A program made the translations under genes and the position numbers. DNA of 64,000 nucleotides, from assembly GCA_041739995.1 (NCBI GenBank), contig JBGSMV010000016.1, forward strand, positions 3,872 through 67,871, read 5' to 3'. Positions 40,592 to 49,567 of this stretch are shown in pieces. Every line of letters begins with the position of its first letter. Positions within the stretch are counted from its first letter, which is position 1. The DNA is from Bdellovibrionota bacterium (GTDB taxonomy: Bacteria > Bdellovibrionota_C > UBA2361 > JBGSMV01). The notes beneath the pieces are model-generated. The model searched no databases. It worked only from the letters and a program-made list of their open reading frames with translations, and was not told the origin of the DNA.

Positions 40592-41239
40592 TTAAGCACA
40601 GACTAGCTCAAGGCTCCTCGAAGCGTCTGAAGGGCTTATGCTCTTCAGTTTTCTTGCCATAGTCTTTCTAGTCATGGCCCTTCTTGCCATAGTCCCAGGG
40701 CGAATTTTCTTTCCTCGAACTGTCTTGACTAATCTTAAGTGCTTCTCAGGCGTTCTGTTCTTCAGAGTACTAACTGAAGCATCTCGCTCCGTATGTGGGG
40801 TTTGACGCTGCTCGGTAGTGGTATATTCACTTTGCACGCTATTTATTTTTGAAGCAGGAGAAGCCCCAGGAGAGCCCCCAGGAGAGCCCTCAGCGGTCTT
40901 GTTGAAGTACCACGGCGCAACGCGTTGGTTCCCACGCCTGGGCATGGCGGCGATGACGCTCGAGATGTTCTTAGCGTCAAGGTCGAGTTCTTGGCAGACC
41001 CAGGCAAAGCTGAACGGAGTAAGATTTGTATATTCGCGGTAGCTCTCCTGGAGGTTCTCGGGCGGGGTGTCGCCAAAAATCCACGTGCGCGCCTCTTGAA
41101 CCTCGACTTGGTCGTTGCCGACAAAGTCTAGGATTGAACGTTCGAGAATCGCGAGCAGAAGGCGGCGCTCAGGCGTGCCTGTGAGCTTCGGCTCATCGAT
41201 TAAACTGTAGGCTTCAGTGTCTATAACCGGAAAAAACAC
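40592..41239 (-). CDS. Hypothetical protein (215 aa), C-terminal basic tail with a short MARK/MTRK repeat
   Basis: ORF only. 12-bp tandem cttgccatagtc x2 at about 40661-40700. Confidence 0.35.
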   Translation of the reverse strand: MFFPVIDTEAYSLIDEPKLTGTPERRLLLAILERSILDFVGNDQVEVQEARTWIFGDTPPENLQESYREYTNLTPFSFAWVCQELDLDAKNISSVIAAMPRRGNQRVAPWYFNKTAEGSPGGSPGASPASKINSVQSEYTTTEQRQTPHTERDASVSTLKNRTPEKHLRLVKTVRGKKIRPGTMARRAMTRKTMARKLKSISPSDASRSLELVCA

Positions 41240-41329
41240 AATATGTCTCCAAATAATGTTTTAAAACTCTCCCCATTTGTCCATTCTTGAGGGATTTAAA
41301 GGTGAGACGTGGCGGAGTAGGTTTCATTC

Positions 41330-41887
41330 ATGTCTTGCAAGAAATTATTCACTATTCAGGCCCATGCGAGCGTAGGTTATCGATTCCTATGCTTTTTCTT
41401 CATTCTGACGTTTTCGATATTTGGGGTGCTTTCAGCAGCGCGCGAGGCTCGGGCTCAGGTAACTTGCCGAGCGGAAGTGAGATATGAAGTGACCAGAGCA
41501 GAGCAGGAGTCCCCAGAGAAAATCGTGTTCCGTCAGGAAGAGGCACGCGGCGATTCTGAAGAATTAGTGCGAGAGGCCCTCTCGAAGAAGCTTATTCTGT
41601 CGACCCGCGACGCGATGCAGGCCTGTCGCGAACAACATGAAAATCTATCTGGGTGTGTCGCCTCAAAGTACACTTCGCTTGGCTCACTCATGCAGCAGAT
41701 GCCATTTGCGGCTCGCACAAAATTGCAGGAAGCGATCGAAGTTGATTGCAAGGCGCGAATGGGCACCTGCGTCGAACCAAAGGTACCGGAAATGACGTGT
41801 GTAATTCCAACGCCGGTGACGGAAGTTGTGGTAGAAGGCGAGGCTGGCTCTGAAAAAGAGACGGCTAAAAAGCCCGGGAAAAAATAA
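41330..41887 (+). CDS. Secreted Cys-containing hypothetical protein
   Basis: Signal peptide FFFILTFSIFGVLSAAREARA and 8 Cys. Confidence 0.45.
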   Translation: MSCKKLFTIQAHASVGYRFLCFFFILTFSIFGVLSAAREARAQVTCRAEVRYEVTRAEQESPEKIVFRQEEARGDSEELVREALSKKLILSTRDAMQACREQHENLSGCVASKYTSLGSLMQQMPFAARTKLQEAIEVDCKARMGTCVEPKVPEMTCVIPTPVTEVVVEGEAGSEKETAKKPGKK

Positions 41888-41976
41888 ATTATCCTAAATC
41901 CAGCAGTAGCCCATTACCCGCGCGTCTATGGATTATAGCGGCGTCGATTTTTTGACTTTATTTTCAGCAGAAATTG

Positions 41977-42025
41977 CCTGCACCCTGCACCCTGCACCCT
42001 GCACCCTGCACCCTGCACCCTGCAC
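41977..42025 (+). repeat. Heptanucleotide microsatellite (CCTGCAC)x7
   Basis: Seven perfect tandem copies in the convergent intergenic region between 41887 and 42167/42489. Confidence 0.9.
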
Positions 42026-42166
42026 CCAAAGCCAACGCCAATGGCGATCCAAAGGGTTTGAGCCGTGAGAAGATAGTAGCGGGGAATTACCGCTTGAGTA
42101 GCTACCACCGTAGCCAATTGTCCTAGGTGGATGATTGTGGCCCCGAGACCTAGCCCTAACATCAGA

Positions 42167-42421
42167 TCACGAGATCGTCTCCACGATCTCAAAATCAAGA
42201 ACCCCATTATTAGGAATTCTATCAGGGAACATCGCAGGAGTTGAATCCCGTGCCACAAGTGGTTGAGGTATTCTGCTGGGTGAGTCGAGATACTCTTCGG
42301 AATCGTTCCCTAGGTATCCGAGGTCCTCTTCTTTGGTGAGTAGACTCAAACTTCCGCAGATTAGAGCGGCAAAAAGGAGAGAGGCGCAAATGATAAACGC
42401 AGCAGTAGGGCGACGGGCCAT
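42167..42421 (-). CDS. Possible small membrane-anchored protein (84 aa from the internal ATG)
   Basis: TM segment AAFIICASLLFAALICGSL and AAGGATCAGGA before ATG at 42421. Weak. Confidence 0.25.
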   Translation of the reverse strand: MARRPTAAFIICASLLFAALICGSLSLLTKEEDLGYLGNDSEEYLDSPSRIPQPLVARDSTPAMFPDRIPNNGVLDFEIVETIS

Positions 42422-42488
42422 TCCTGATCCTTGCCAAGGACGACGTCTCCTGGCTGTCCTAAACCTTTTAGTGAAATTCGGCGGGGCA

Positions 42489-43859
42489 CTAACTCGCCGA
42501 GTGCGCCGAATCGGCTGCCTGATCGGTGGTCCAAGAGCGAAGGCTCTCAAAGAGCGCAAGCGAAAAAATAGCCTCAGGCGAAGTATCAAGTGACGTGGGC
42601 GAGGGGGATTCCTTTGAGCTTGTCGACGCTTGCTCTACAGTGGAAAGTCGCACTCTAAGAAACTGGGGAACATAAGGAAAGCGCGCCCCGACAGCCAGCA
42701 GCGCCTCTTTGAGTTCCTCGGAAGTGTGATCGGTGCGGGCATGGGTAACTTTTCGTGCGCACGTTCGAAGCTCTGAAAGAAGAAAGTGGCCATGCTGATA
42801 TAGAGGTCTCAAGCCCACATGTTTCACCATTTCTTCGGCAGAGCGTGAGCAATGTTTTTCGGCAGACTGCATCCCTAGATTTATGGCGCCCTTGACGCGT
42901 TCAGCCAGCTGCTGAACAGCCACCATATTTGAGATATCGATGTGAAAGTGTACCAATGCCGCGTTCATGATGAAGGTCACTTCAGCCTCGAGGTTATCTC
43001 GGAATCGAGGATCTTCAAGAATGCGCGCCAGCGGTTGAGGCGTAGCCGAGTCGTACACAAGCGGCTGGACTGTGGCAATATCCCTTAAGGAAACAGATTT
43101 CGGAGCACCATCAAGGAGCACTCGAATTTCCGAGGGAGAGAGCGGCGCGTGCGTTTCGAGCGCGAGGGCGGGCTCAGGAATGCCCTCTGAGGCGAGGCGT
43201 TTATTTCGCTCTGTGTAGGAATCTTCTTCCAACATTGAAGAAGTGGCGACCCCTGGAGTCGCGAGCAGTTGGTAGAACAAGTCAGCGTTGGTCTCGAACA
43301 ACATCGCAAGCAATCGTCCAAACAAGAAATGTTTAGATTCATCTTCGAACTTAAGAAAGATCCATGTGTGCCCCTGGTCGGGAGTGTAATATCCAGGGCC
43401 TGGAGGCGCGTCGGTAGATTCATCAACGGTCACTACCTCAACGTGGCGGGAGATTAGTAATCCGATCAGTTTCAGATCAATCGACTGAATCAAGCGCTGA
43501 AGGAGTAGCAGGCCCTCTTCGTCGTCTCCGAGTGCAAGCCATTCCCAGAAGTGCTCTTCGTTAAAGGAGTCCTTATTCCAGCAGTCCAGGTCAAGTAAGA
43601 GGCGAGACTGCTCCACGCTCGTCAATAGCAGGATATCAGCCGCTGAGCTAAGCCCCGCGTGGCGCACTGCCAGGTAGAGACTTTGCGCAGGAAGCGAGCG
43701 TGCGAACTCCTCTGGTCGCTCTGAATCGAAAATTGCCTTGAAAAGGCTTCGAGACGAGAAGCCGCGTTGACGAGGACTCTGAGCGACAGGAAGTGAAGTA
43801 CTGGAGTTCATGGTGATCCTAAAAATGGCAAACAACAGCACTGCGTAAAGGGCAGCCAA
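42489..43859 (-). CDS. Hypothetical protein (456 aa)
   Basis: Long ORF with no recognised motifs. Confidence 0.45.
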   Translation of the reverse strand: MAALYAVLLFAIFRITMNSSTSLPVAQSPRQRGFSSRSLFKAIFDSERPEEFARSLPAQSLYLAVRHAGLSSAADILLLTSVEQSRLLLDLDCWNKDSFNEEHFWEWLALGDDEEGLLLLQRLIQSIDLKLIGLLISRHVEVVTVDESTDAPPGPGYYTPDQGHTWIFLKFEDESKHFLFGRLLAMLFETNADLFYQLLATPGVATSSMLEEDSYTERNKRLASEGIPEPALALETHAPLSPSEIRVLLDGAPKSVSLRDIATVQPLVYDSATPQPLARILEDPRFRDNLEAEVTFIMNAALVHFHIDISNMVAVQQLAERVKGAINLGMQSAEKHCSRSAEEMVKHVGLRPLYQHGHFLLSELRTCARKVTHARTDHTSEELKEALLAVGARFPYVPQFLRVRLSTVEQASTSSKESPSPTSLDTSPEAIFSLALFESLRSWTTDQAADSAHSAS

Positions 43860-43873
43860 ATTCTCGGCCCCCG

Positions 43874-43903
43874 CGAGCCCGAACCTGGCGAGCCCGAACC
43901 TGG
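43874..43903 (+). repeat. 15-bp tandem repeat cgagcccgaacctgg x2 in the 5' leader of the 42489..43859 gene
   Basis: Seen directly. Confidence 0.7.
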
Positions 43904-43966
43904 CGAGAGAGTCGGACGTAAAGGCCGGCTGTCCAGCATCTTTCTTATATAAGCATGACTGCGAGC

Positions 43967-44689
43967 TCAGTTCCCGGTCGCTGGTTCTTCCGTGACTGCT
44001 GCCGGAGATTGGCTCGCTTCAGTCTTAACTTTGTCCGTCTTTGGTTTAGCAGTCTCAGCTTTAGCGGTTACGGGCTTGCTCGCCGCAGGCTTAGCAGGAG
44101 CTGCACTTGCACTCTTTGGAGCAGGCGTTACCACCTTTTTCTTACCTGGCGCAAAAACGATGTGAATCATGCGGCCCGCAGTCGGTGATCTTTCATCCAC
44201 TGTGGCTACATCGGACAGCTTTTCAACGAGTTGGTCGAATTTCTTTCTGCCAAGATCAAGATAAGCAATTTCTCGGCCTCTAAACCGCATGGAGAACTTG
44301 ACCTTGTCGCCTTCTTCGAGAAACTCTCGTGCTTGCTTAAGCTTGGTGTCCAGGTCACCGACATCGGTAATGTAGCGAATGCGAAGTTCCTTTAGGACAG
44401 TTTCGGTACGCTTCTTGCGTGCTTCTGCTTCTTTCTTCTGTTCACGATATTTAAACTTCCCGTAATCCATTATACGACAGACGGGAGGATTTGCGCCGGG
44501 AGCTACTTCGACCAAGTCGAGCTCGGCCTTTTCTGAAATAGAGAGTGCATCTCGAATCGCCAATACCCCAAGTTGCTCGCCTTCATCAGAAACGACGCGC
44601 ACTTCTCGGGCGGTGATTCTGTGGTTGATTCGATGGGCGTCGGGGGGAAGATCACGTCGTGGAAAGCGGGGACCGCGGTTGAAAGCCAA
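43967..44689 (-). CDS. infC: Translation initiation factor IF-3 with a C-terminal Ala/Lys/Pro-rich extension of about 55 aa
   Basis: HRINHRITAREVRVV aligns with E. coli RINGEIRAQEVRL. A conserved C-domain (VKFSMRFRGRE) and a tail (PAPKSASAAPAKPAASKPVTAKAETAKPKTDKVKTE). The true start codon may be non-ATG, as is usual for infC. Confidence 0.8.
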   Translation of the reverse strand: MAFNRGPRFPRRDLPPDAHRINHRITAREVRVVSDEGEQLGVLAIRDALSISEKAELDLVEVAPGANPPVCRIMDYGKFKYREQKKEAEARKKRTETVLKELRIRYITDVGDLDTKLKQAREFLEEGDKVKFSMRFRGREIAYLDLGRKKFDQLVEKLSDVATVDERSPTAGRMIHIVFAPGKKKVVTPAPKSASAAPAKPAASKPVTAKAETAKPKTDKVKTEASQSPAAVTEEPATGN

Positions 44690-44959
44690 AAAAGAATTCT
44701 CCTAGAAAGTCTAAAATCAGAGGCTAAAAACGCCTACGCTGCACAAAGGTTATATCGTAATTGGGCGAAAGGACTCAATCCGCCACCCTTCAGATGCGAC
44801 GTTGTTTCTACTTTGACCTTCGACAGGGCGACATAGCTAGTAATTTAGAAGGGTTAGCACCCAGTTCCTCTACTGTGAGCCTCCTGTGATACACCAGGGC
44901 GAACCGAAATCGAGGCCTCGGGCGAGTCGGTTGGACCTTACTTCTTATATTTTTGCCGT

Positions 44960-45757
44960 ATGTTGAGACCAAAACGAATAGGCGTGTTCGATAGTGGGCT
45001 AGGCGGGCTCACCGTACTTCGGGCCCTCATCGAAGCCTTTCCTTCTACTTCCTTCGTGTATCTCGGTGATACCGCAAGGACCCCGTACGGATCGAAGAGT
45101 CCTGAGGCTGTAGCGCGCTACTCCGTTGAGTGCGCCGAGTTTTTGGAGAAGCATTCGATCGACCTACTGGTTATCGCGTGTAACACCGCGTCGTCAGTTG
45201 CGATGGAGGCCGTGCGTTGCGCTGTTCAGTGTCCGGTCGTTGGGACGATTGAACCTTCACTTGATGAATGGGAGAGAAGGGAAGCGATCGAACCACTTTT
45301 GATTCTTGGCACCCGAGCGACGGTGCAAAGCGAAGCTTATCAGCAACGAATTCGTGCTCGGTTTCCTAAAAAACAGTTTCACGCGGTAGCTTGCCCTTTG
45401 TTTGTTCCGCTTGTTGAGGAAGGCGTATTCGACGGACCTCTCGTAGAGCAAGTATCTGAAATGTACCTTCGAGAGTTTAAGGTCGGGAGGGTCGGTTCTT
45501 TGATGCTTGCCTGTACTCACTATCCGCTTCTTATGGGCGCTTTGCAGAAATTCTTTGGTTCGAAGGTGTGGATAGTTGACTCAGCCAATGCAATTGCGCG
45601 CTCAATCGAGCGAAGCTACTCGCCGGAGGTGCAAAAGCAGACAGGGGAAAGAGTTTTCTATGTGACCGACGAGTCTACCCGATTTAGTGAGCTCGCTCGT
45701 CGATTTCTCGGAGACGATGGGCTTACTGCCACTAAAGTAGACGTCTCCTCACGCTAG
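44960..45757 (+). CDS. murI: Glutamate racemase
   Basis: IGVFDSGLGGLTV, VIACNTAS and LACTHYPLL motifs. Confidence 0.85.
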   Translation: MLRPKRIGVFDSGLGGLTVLRALIEAFPSTSFVYLGDTARTPYGSKSPEAVARYSVECAEFLEKHSIDLLVIACNTASSVAMEAVRCAVQCPVVGTIEPSLDEWERREAIEPLLILGTRATVQSEAYQQRIRARFPKKQFHAVACPLFVPLVEEGVFDGPLVEQVSEMYLREFKVGRVGSLMLACTHYPLLMGALQKFFGSKVWIVDSANAIARSIERSYSPEVQKQTGERVFYVTDESTRFSELARRFLGDDGLTATKVDVSSR

Positions 45758-46091
45758 TGTTCCGTAACATACATAGACAATCAGCTTGGCGAGAAAGCGG
45801 AACACTAGAAAATATTTCCAATTTACTTCGGCCATTCTTGGCCGGACCTCAATACGCTCCAAGCTCAGCGTGGTGCCCTGTAGCCCCTCGCTTCGCTTCA
45901 TCCGCTTCGCGAGGCAAGGCCTTTGACATCCATGCGGATCTCCCGCTTGATAGGCCAGGAGAGTTGCGTGTAGAAAGTGACATTTTATACAGTATTAAAG
46001 GGCTAAATATAGCAAACTGTTCATCAATTATGTTTTTATTGCCAAATTTTACATTATCGATCTTAGCCTATCGAAAGGGGAGATTCGATCT

Positions 46092-46664
46092 ATGTGTAGC
46101 CATGTGTCACCAGAAATTGGAATTCAGGTAAGCGACGAAAGGAGGACCGCTCCTGAACGGAGTGGTGCTCGAGGAAATTTGGAGCTCTTAGCCACGCCAA
46201 AGGGTGGGCAGTTTAGAGAGAAGGTCCTGGCTTCGGCTCCAAGCGATGTAATCAAGATCACCTGCATAGACTGGCGCGGCGGCGATCGGGGCGCTTATCT
46301 ATTGACGTCGGCAGGAGCAGTCGTACATTCGGCTATGGTCGAAGACCTTGGTCTTGTACTCGCCGGGAAGAAAGCGCTCCTGTTGCAGGGCCATTCCGAT
46401 TGCGCCAAGAGCAAGGCTGAATGTCCGCGATTCTCAGGTGAGACAGATTCGCATTATGCCAAACGCGTCGATGAATGGAGTTTGGTACGCCTTTGGAGAA
46501 ACGCAGGGCGGCTCTTGGACGTCCCAGAAGTTCAGAGAGCGATACTTGAAGATGGGCTTAAATTTTGTGTGGCCTTTCATGACGTGGCCAGGAACAAAGT
46601 GAAATTTTTTGAGAGGGAAACTGCGGAATTGCTGGGGAGTCGTTTTGCTCTTAAAGCTGCGTAA
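46092..46664 (+). CDS. Hypothetical protein with a CxDxR...HxxC motif pair reminiscent of beta-carbonic-anhydrase zinc ligands
   Basis: Strong SD (AAAGGGGAG) and AT-rich upstream region. ITCIDWRGG ... 43 aa ... QGHSDCAK. Confidence 0.45.
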   Translation: MCSHVSPEIGIQVSDERRTAPERSGARGNLELLATPKGGQFREKVLASAPSDVIKITCIDWRGGDRGAYLLTSAGAVVHSAMVEDLGLVLAGKKALLLQGHSDCAKSKAECPRFSGETDSHYAKRVDEWSLVRLWRNAGRLLDVPEVQRAILEDGLKFCVAFHDVARNKVKFFERETAELLGSRFALKAA

Positions 46665-46818
46665 GCGATGTGCTTTCGCTAATTTGTGCGTGACTTTGTA
46701 CGCCGTTCCGGGTTCGCCACAGAGTTACGCAGAGGTTCACAGAGGAGGGACCTCTACCTCCTACCTCTGTGACCCCCTGAGTCCTCTGAGGTGCGACCTC
46801 TCCGATTCAGGATGTGGG

Positions 46819-47409
46819 TCACGGTGCTACACGAGCAATCTCAAACTCTCGATCGTAAAGTTCAAGGAATGCTTCGCGCATATTGCCGTTGCAGCATGAG
46901 AGAATTTCGTCACAGACCTTGCGATCCTCTTCGGTCATCTCAGGTTTAAGCTTCCGCGCCAGTTCAAGGAATAGGGGCGGATTCACTCTCGTGGTGAAAA
47001 TTGTCGGTAAAGGAACTGGTCGGTGTGCGCTCACAATCAGGCCCCGTTCCCCGAGAACAATTTTCGCGATCCTCCACACCAAGCTCCACCAAAGTTGATT
47101 CCCTTCAGCGACGCCGTCGTCGACTATGCAAACTGGCGATCTGATTGTCGCGAGTGACCAGAGGAAGTGCAGGCTGGGGAAGGGCTTTTCGGCAAGATGA
47201 ATATAGGGAACAGGGATTCCAAGCTTGCGCTCGAGGTGAGTTTGCAGCTCGAACAGGAAAGTTGTTTTTCCTGTGCCATGAGGACCAATGATCGCTCCGC
47301 GAAAATTTAGTTCCTCGAGCCGGGCGCAAATGCGATTCCAGTCAACCGACCGAAAAGGAAGTGAGTCTAGCTTACTGGTCCGAAATGGATTCGTCCTCGG
47401 AGTCATCAT
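46819..47409 (-). CDS. P-loop NTPase (Walker A GPHGTGKTT, Walker B-like IVDDG)
   Basis: Start refined to the MMTPRT ATG at 47409, which removes the overlap with the upstream gene. Confidence 0.5.
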   Translation of the reverse strand: MMTPRTNPFRTSKLDSLPFRSVDWNRICARLEELNFRGAIIGPHGTGKTTFLFELQTHLERKLGIPVPYIHLAEKPFPSLHFLWSLATIRSPVCIVDDGVAEGNQLWWSLVWRIAKIVLGERGLIVSAHRPVPLPTIFTTRVNPPLFLELARKLKPEMTEEDRKVCDEILSCCNGNMREAFLELYDREFEIARVAP

Positions 47410-47767
47410 CTTGTAGAGCACCCAAAATAATTTCTTTGCCAGTGGGGGAGACAAAGAGGTCATAGCTCGCTTCCTCGTTTCCGGCGGTAGCTTCGAGGCG
47501 ATAGGATACAGAGATGAGTTTACCCGAAAACGAGTAAGGGCTTATTGGGAGACGAAACGAGAAGCTAAGAGAACCGCTTGAGCCTGGTGCTTTCCACGAA
47601 GTTGAATCGATGATTTCTGAGTGAGTCGACCCACGGCCGTGCGTGAAAAAAAGCAAATGTAGCGTTACTTCTTCGGTTGCCCCGGATTGAGACACAGAGA
47701 CTCGCCCGGCAATGCGCTCGCCTGGTTTAAAGTTGATAGAACCACCTTCGACTGATATTTCAAGCAT
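47372..47767 (-). CDS. Small beta-rich hypothetical protein (131 aa) with an acidic C-terminal tail
   Basis: ORF in tight spacing between the DUF3592 gene and the P-loop gene. Confidence 0.4.
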   Translation of the reverse strand: MLEISVEGGSINFKPGERIAGRVSVSQSGATEEVTLHLLFFTHGRGSTHSEIIDSTSWKAPGSSGSLSFSFRLPISPYSFSGKLISVSYRLEATAGNEEASYDLFVSPTGKEIILGALQDDDSEDESISDQ

Positions 47768-47771
47768 CGTT

Positions 47772-49031
47772 TCAACGCCTCAATGGAAATACAGTAAACG
47801 GCATATCTTCCGAAATGTCGGGCCATCTATCTATGCGACCATGACACTTCAGTGCCCACACGATTTCATTATTGGGAACTGACAATGAAGGTACCAGATT
47901 TTCAGGCACAGAGAATTGGAATCGACCCTGACGCATTTGAACTTCAGTCGCGCTCACCGAGCGAAGCTCTTTGGTATAAAATGTTTGAGTGTCGGTAACG
48001 GTGTCGGTCCCCCGTCGGTAGCGGGCCACCTCTTTGCCTTCAAGTGAAAACACGAGATCTTTAAGTGAAGCGACTGAGCCGCGTTTGATCTTCCAAGCCA
48101 CCTGAATCGGTCCGCTGAGTGCTTGAGGGTGCGGAGAAATTTCAATAGAGATGCGGGGATTAAATAGACCAAGGATTGAATATCCGACAAAAACAAGCAG
48201 GCCAATTCCCACTAGGGTGAACGGGACCAAGATTAGTGCGAGCACCCATTCTATCGAGCCGCTGTTCCAGTCTGCTATAAATTGAAATAGGAAAAACGAG
48301 ACGAGGCCATTCCAAAACGCTGCAATTAGGAGAGCGCCGATGAGGCGAAGCATGGGCGAGGACTCGTGCGTCAAAGGGCCTTCGGTAACCTTGGCAATCC
48401 CAAGCATTTTCTCGCCACTATTGGCGGCGACTGAAATCGAAGGAGCGAGATAATCAGTAGTGCTTACTGCAGCTAGAGAGTTTGATTTTGTACCTCCAGA
48501 GAAGCCTGTTTTGAATCCGGCATAGAGCATCCCGAGACCTGCAAGGGGAAAGAGCAAGACCAGGAGGCCGGGAAGGATGATGCCATACCCGAGATCTCTA
48601 TAGATCACAGACTCAGATGGATTATCGGAATTCACATAGCAAGCTACTTTTGCGCCAACGGGGACGGTGTCTAGTCGATGTTGCTGCCCTTCTCGGCCGC
48701 CGCTGTACATTTCAGAGAAGTCAAATTTGTCACCGGTGTAGGAGCGATCGTTGAAGGTGAATCGGTAACGCACCGCGGGTCGATAGGTGTCTCCGTCGTC
48801 GCCGCTACTGGTCTCTAGAAAGCTTTCGGTAATTTGGCATGAAGCTTCAGACCAAGTCTGAGCGTCCATGGTTCTTAAGATCGGAGCTATTAAGACAAAG
48901 TATGTCCCTACAGATCCGATCGCCAAAAAGAGCAGGCCAGCAAGGAAAAGCACTATCGATGTGGAGCGGCCACGTCTTGCCGCATCTTTTGTAATGAGCC
49001 TAGAAGGAGTGGGGCGGGAGGATGGAACCAT
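47772..49031 (-). CDS. Membrane protein with an N-terminal DUF3592-like domain, about 5 TM segments and a C-terminal beta-rich domain
   Basis: TM followed by W..ASCQI...GDDGDTYRPAVRYRFTFNDRSYTG matches the DUF3592 pattern. Confidence 0.5.
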   Translation of the reverse strand: MVPSSRPTPSRLITKDAARRGRSTSIVLFLAGLLFLAIGSVGTYFVLIAPILRTMDAQTWSEASCQITESFLETSSGDDGDTYRPAVRYRFTFNDRSYTGDKFDFSEMYSGGREGQQHRLDTVPVGAKVACYVNSDNPSESVIYRDLGYGIILPGLLVLLFPLAGLGMLYAGFKTGFSGGTKSNSLAAVSTTDYLAPSISVAANSGEKMLGIAKVTEGPLTHESSPMLRLIGALLIAAFWNGLVSFFLFQFIADWNSGSIEWVLALILVPFTLVGIGLLVFVGYSILGLFNPRISIEISPHPQALSGPIQVAWKIKRGSVASLKDLVFSLEGKEVARYRRGTDTVTDTQTFYTKELRSVSATEVQMRQGRFQFSVPENLVPSLSVPNNEIVWALKCHGRIDRWPDISEDMPFTVFPLRR

Positions 49032-49191
49032 GATGAGCAGATCTCCGCCCTAAACGTCCGAGGAGTCAAGGACGATTTCATTTGGGTCTCCAAATTCGAT
49101 AAAAGCCATCTTCGGTTATACTTGAAGCGATGTGCACTAACCGGGGCGCACTTTCGGAGTGCTGCGCTCATGTCTCTCTTCGCCTGAGGAC

Positions 49192-49527
49192 CTAATCCAT
49201 TATATTTCCGTCATTGAAGAAGGTGCTTATAAACGAACGCAGAATGAAGGCCCCGACCGCAATGACAAGGCAACTTATTGCCGCTCGATATTGCCCAAAA
49301 GCCGCACTAATAATGGCGATTAGTCCGGCAACCACCATTATCAAGGCTCCAAAACTTCCTTCAAGGTAACTTAGAATTGCATTCGAAGCGGCAGCGAAGC
49401 GCTGATCGTTGTACTCAATCTGCAGTCCCAGGTCTTGAGTGAGGCCGGGCGAGACTAGGCCTACGCTCAGAACTGAAACCCCAAACGCAAGCAGCGTGAT
49501 TTGAGCTACGAACTTTATTGAACTCAT
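49192..49527 (-). CDS. Small membrane protein with VirB2/TrbC-pilin-like architecture (signal peptide plus two hydrophobic helices)
   Basis: 111 aa. MSSIKFVAQITLLAFGVSVLSVGLVSPGLTQD then ILSYLEGSFGALIMVVAGLIAIISAAFGQYRAAISCLVIAVGAFIL. Confidence 0.4.
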   Translation of the reverse strand: MSSIKFVAQITLLAFGVSVLSVGLVSPGLTQDLGLQIEYNDQRFAAASNAILSYLEGSFGALIMVVAGLIAIISAAFGQYRAAISCLVIAVGAFILRSFISTFFNDGNIMD

Positions 49528-49567
49528 AACGCCATCTTGAGTCCCACCACTCGTCTCGAAAAACGCT

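Noticed and set aside
41926-42258. 110-aa minus-strand ORF spanning the heptamer repeat (encodes RVQGAGC repeats)
   Set aside because: It is an artefact of reading through the microsatellite. There is no RBS and it sits in a convergent intergenic region.
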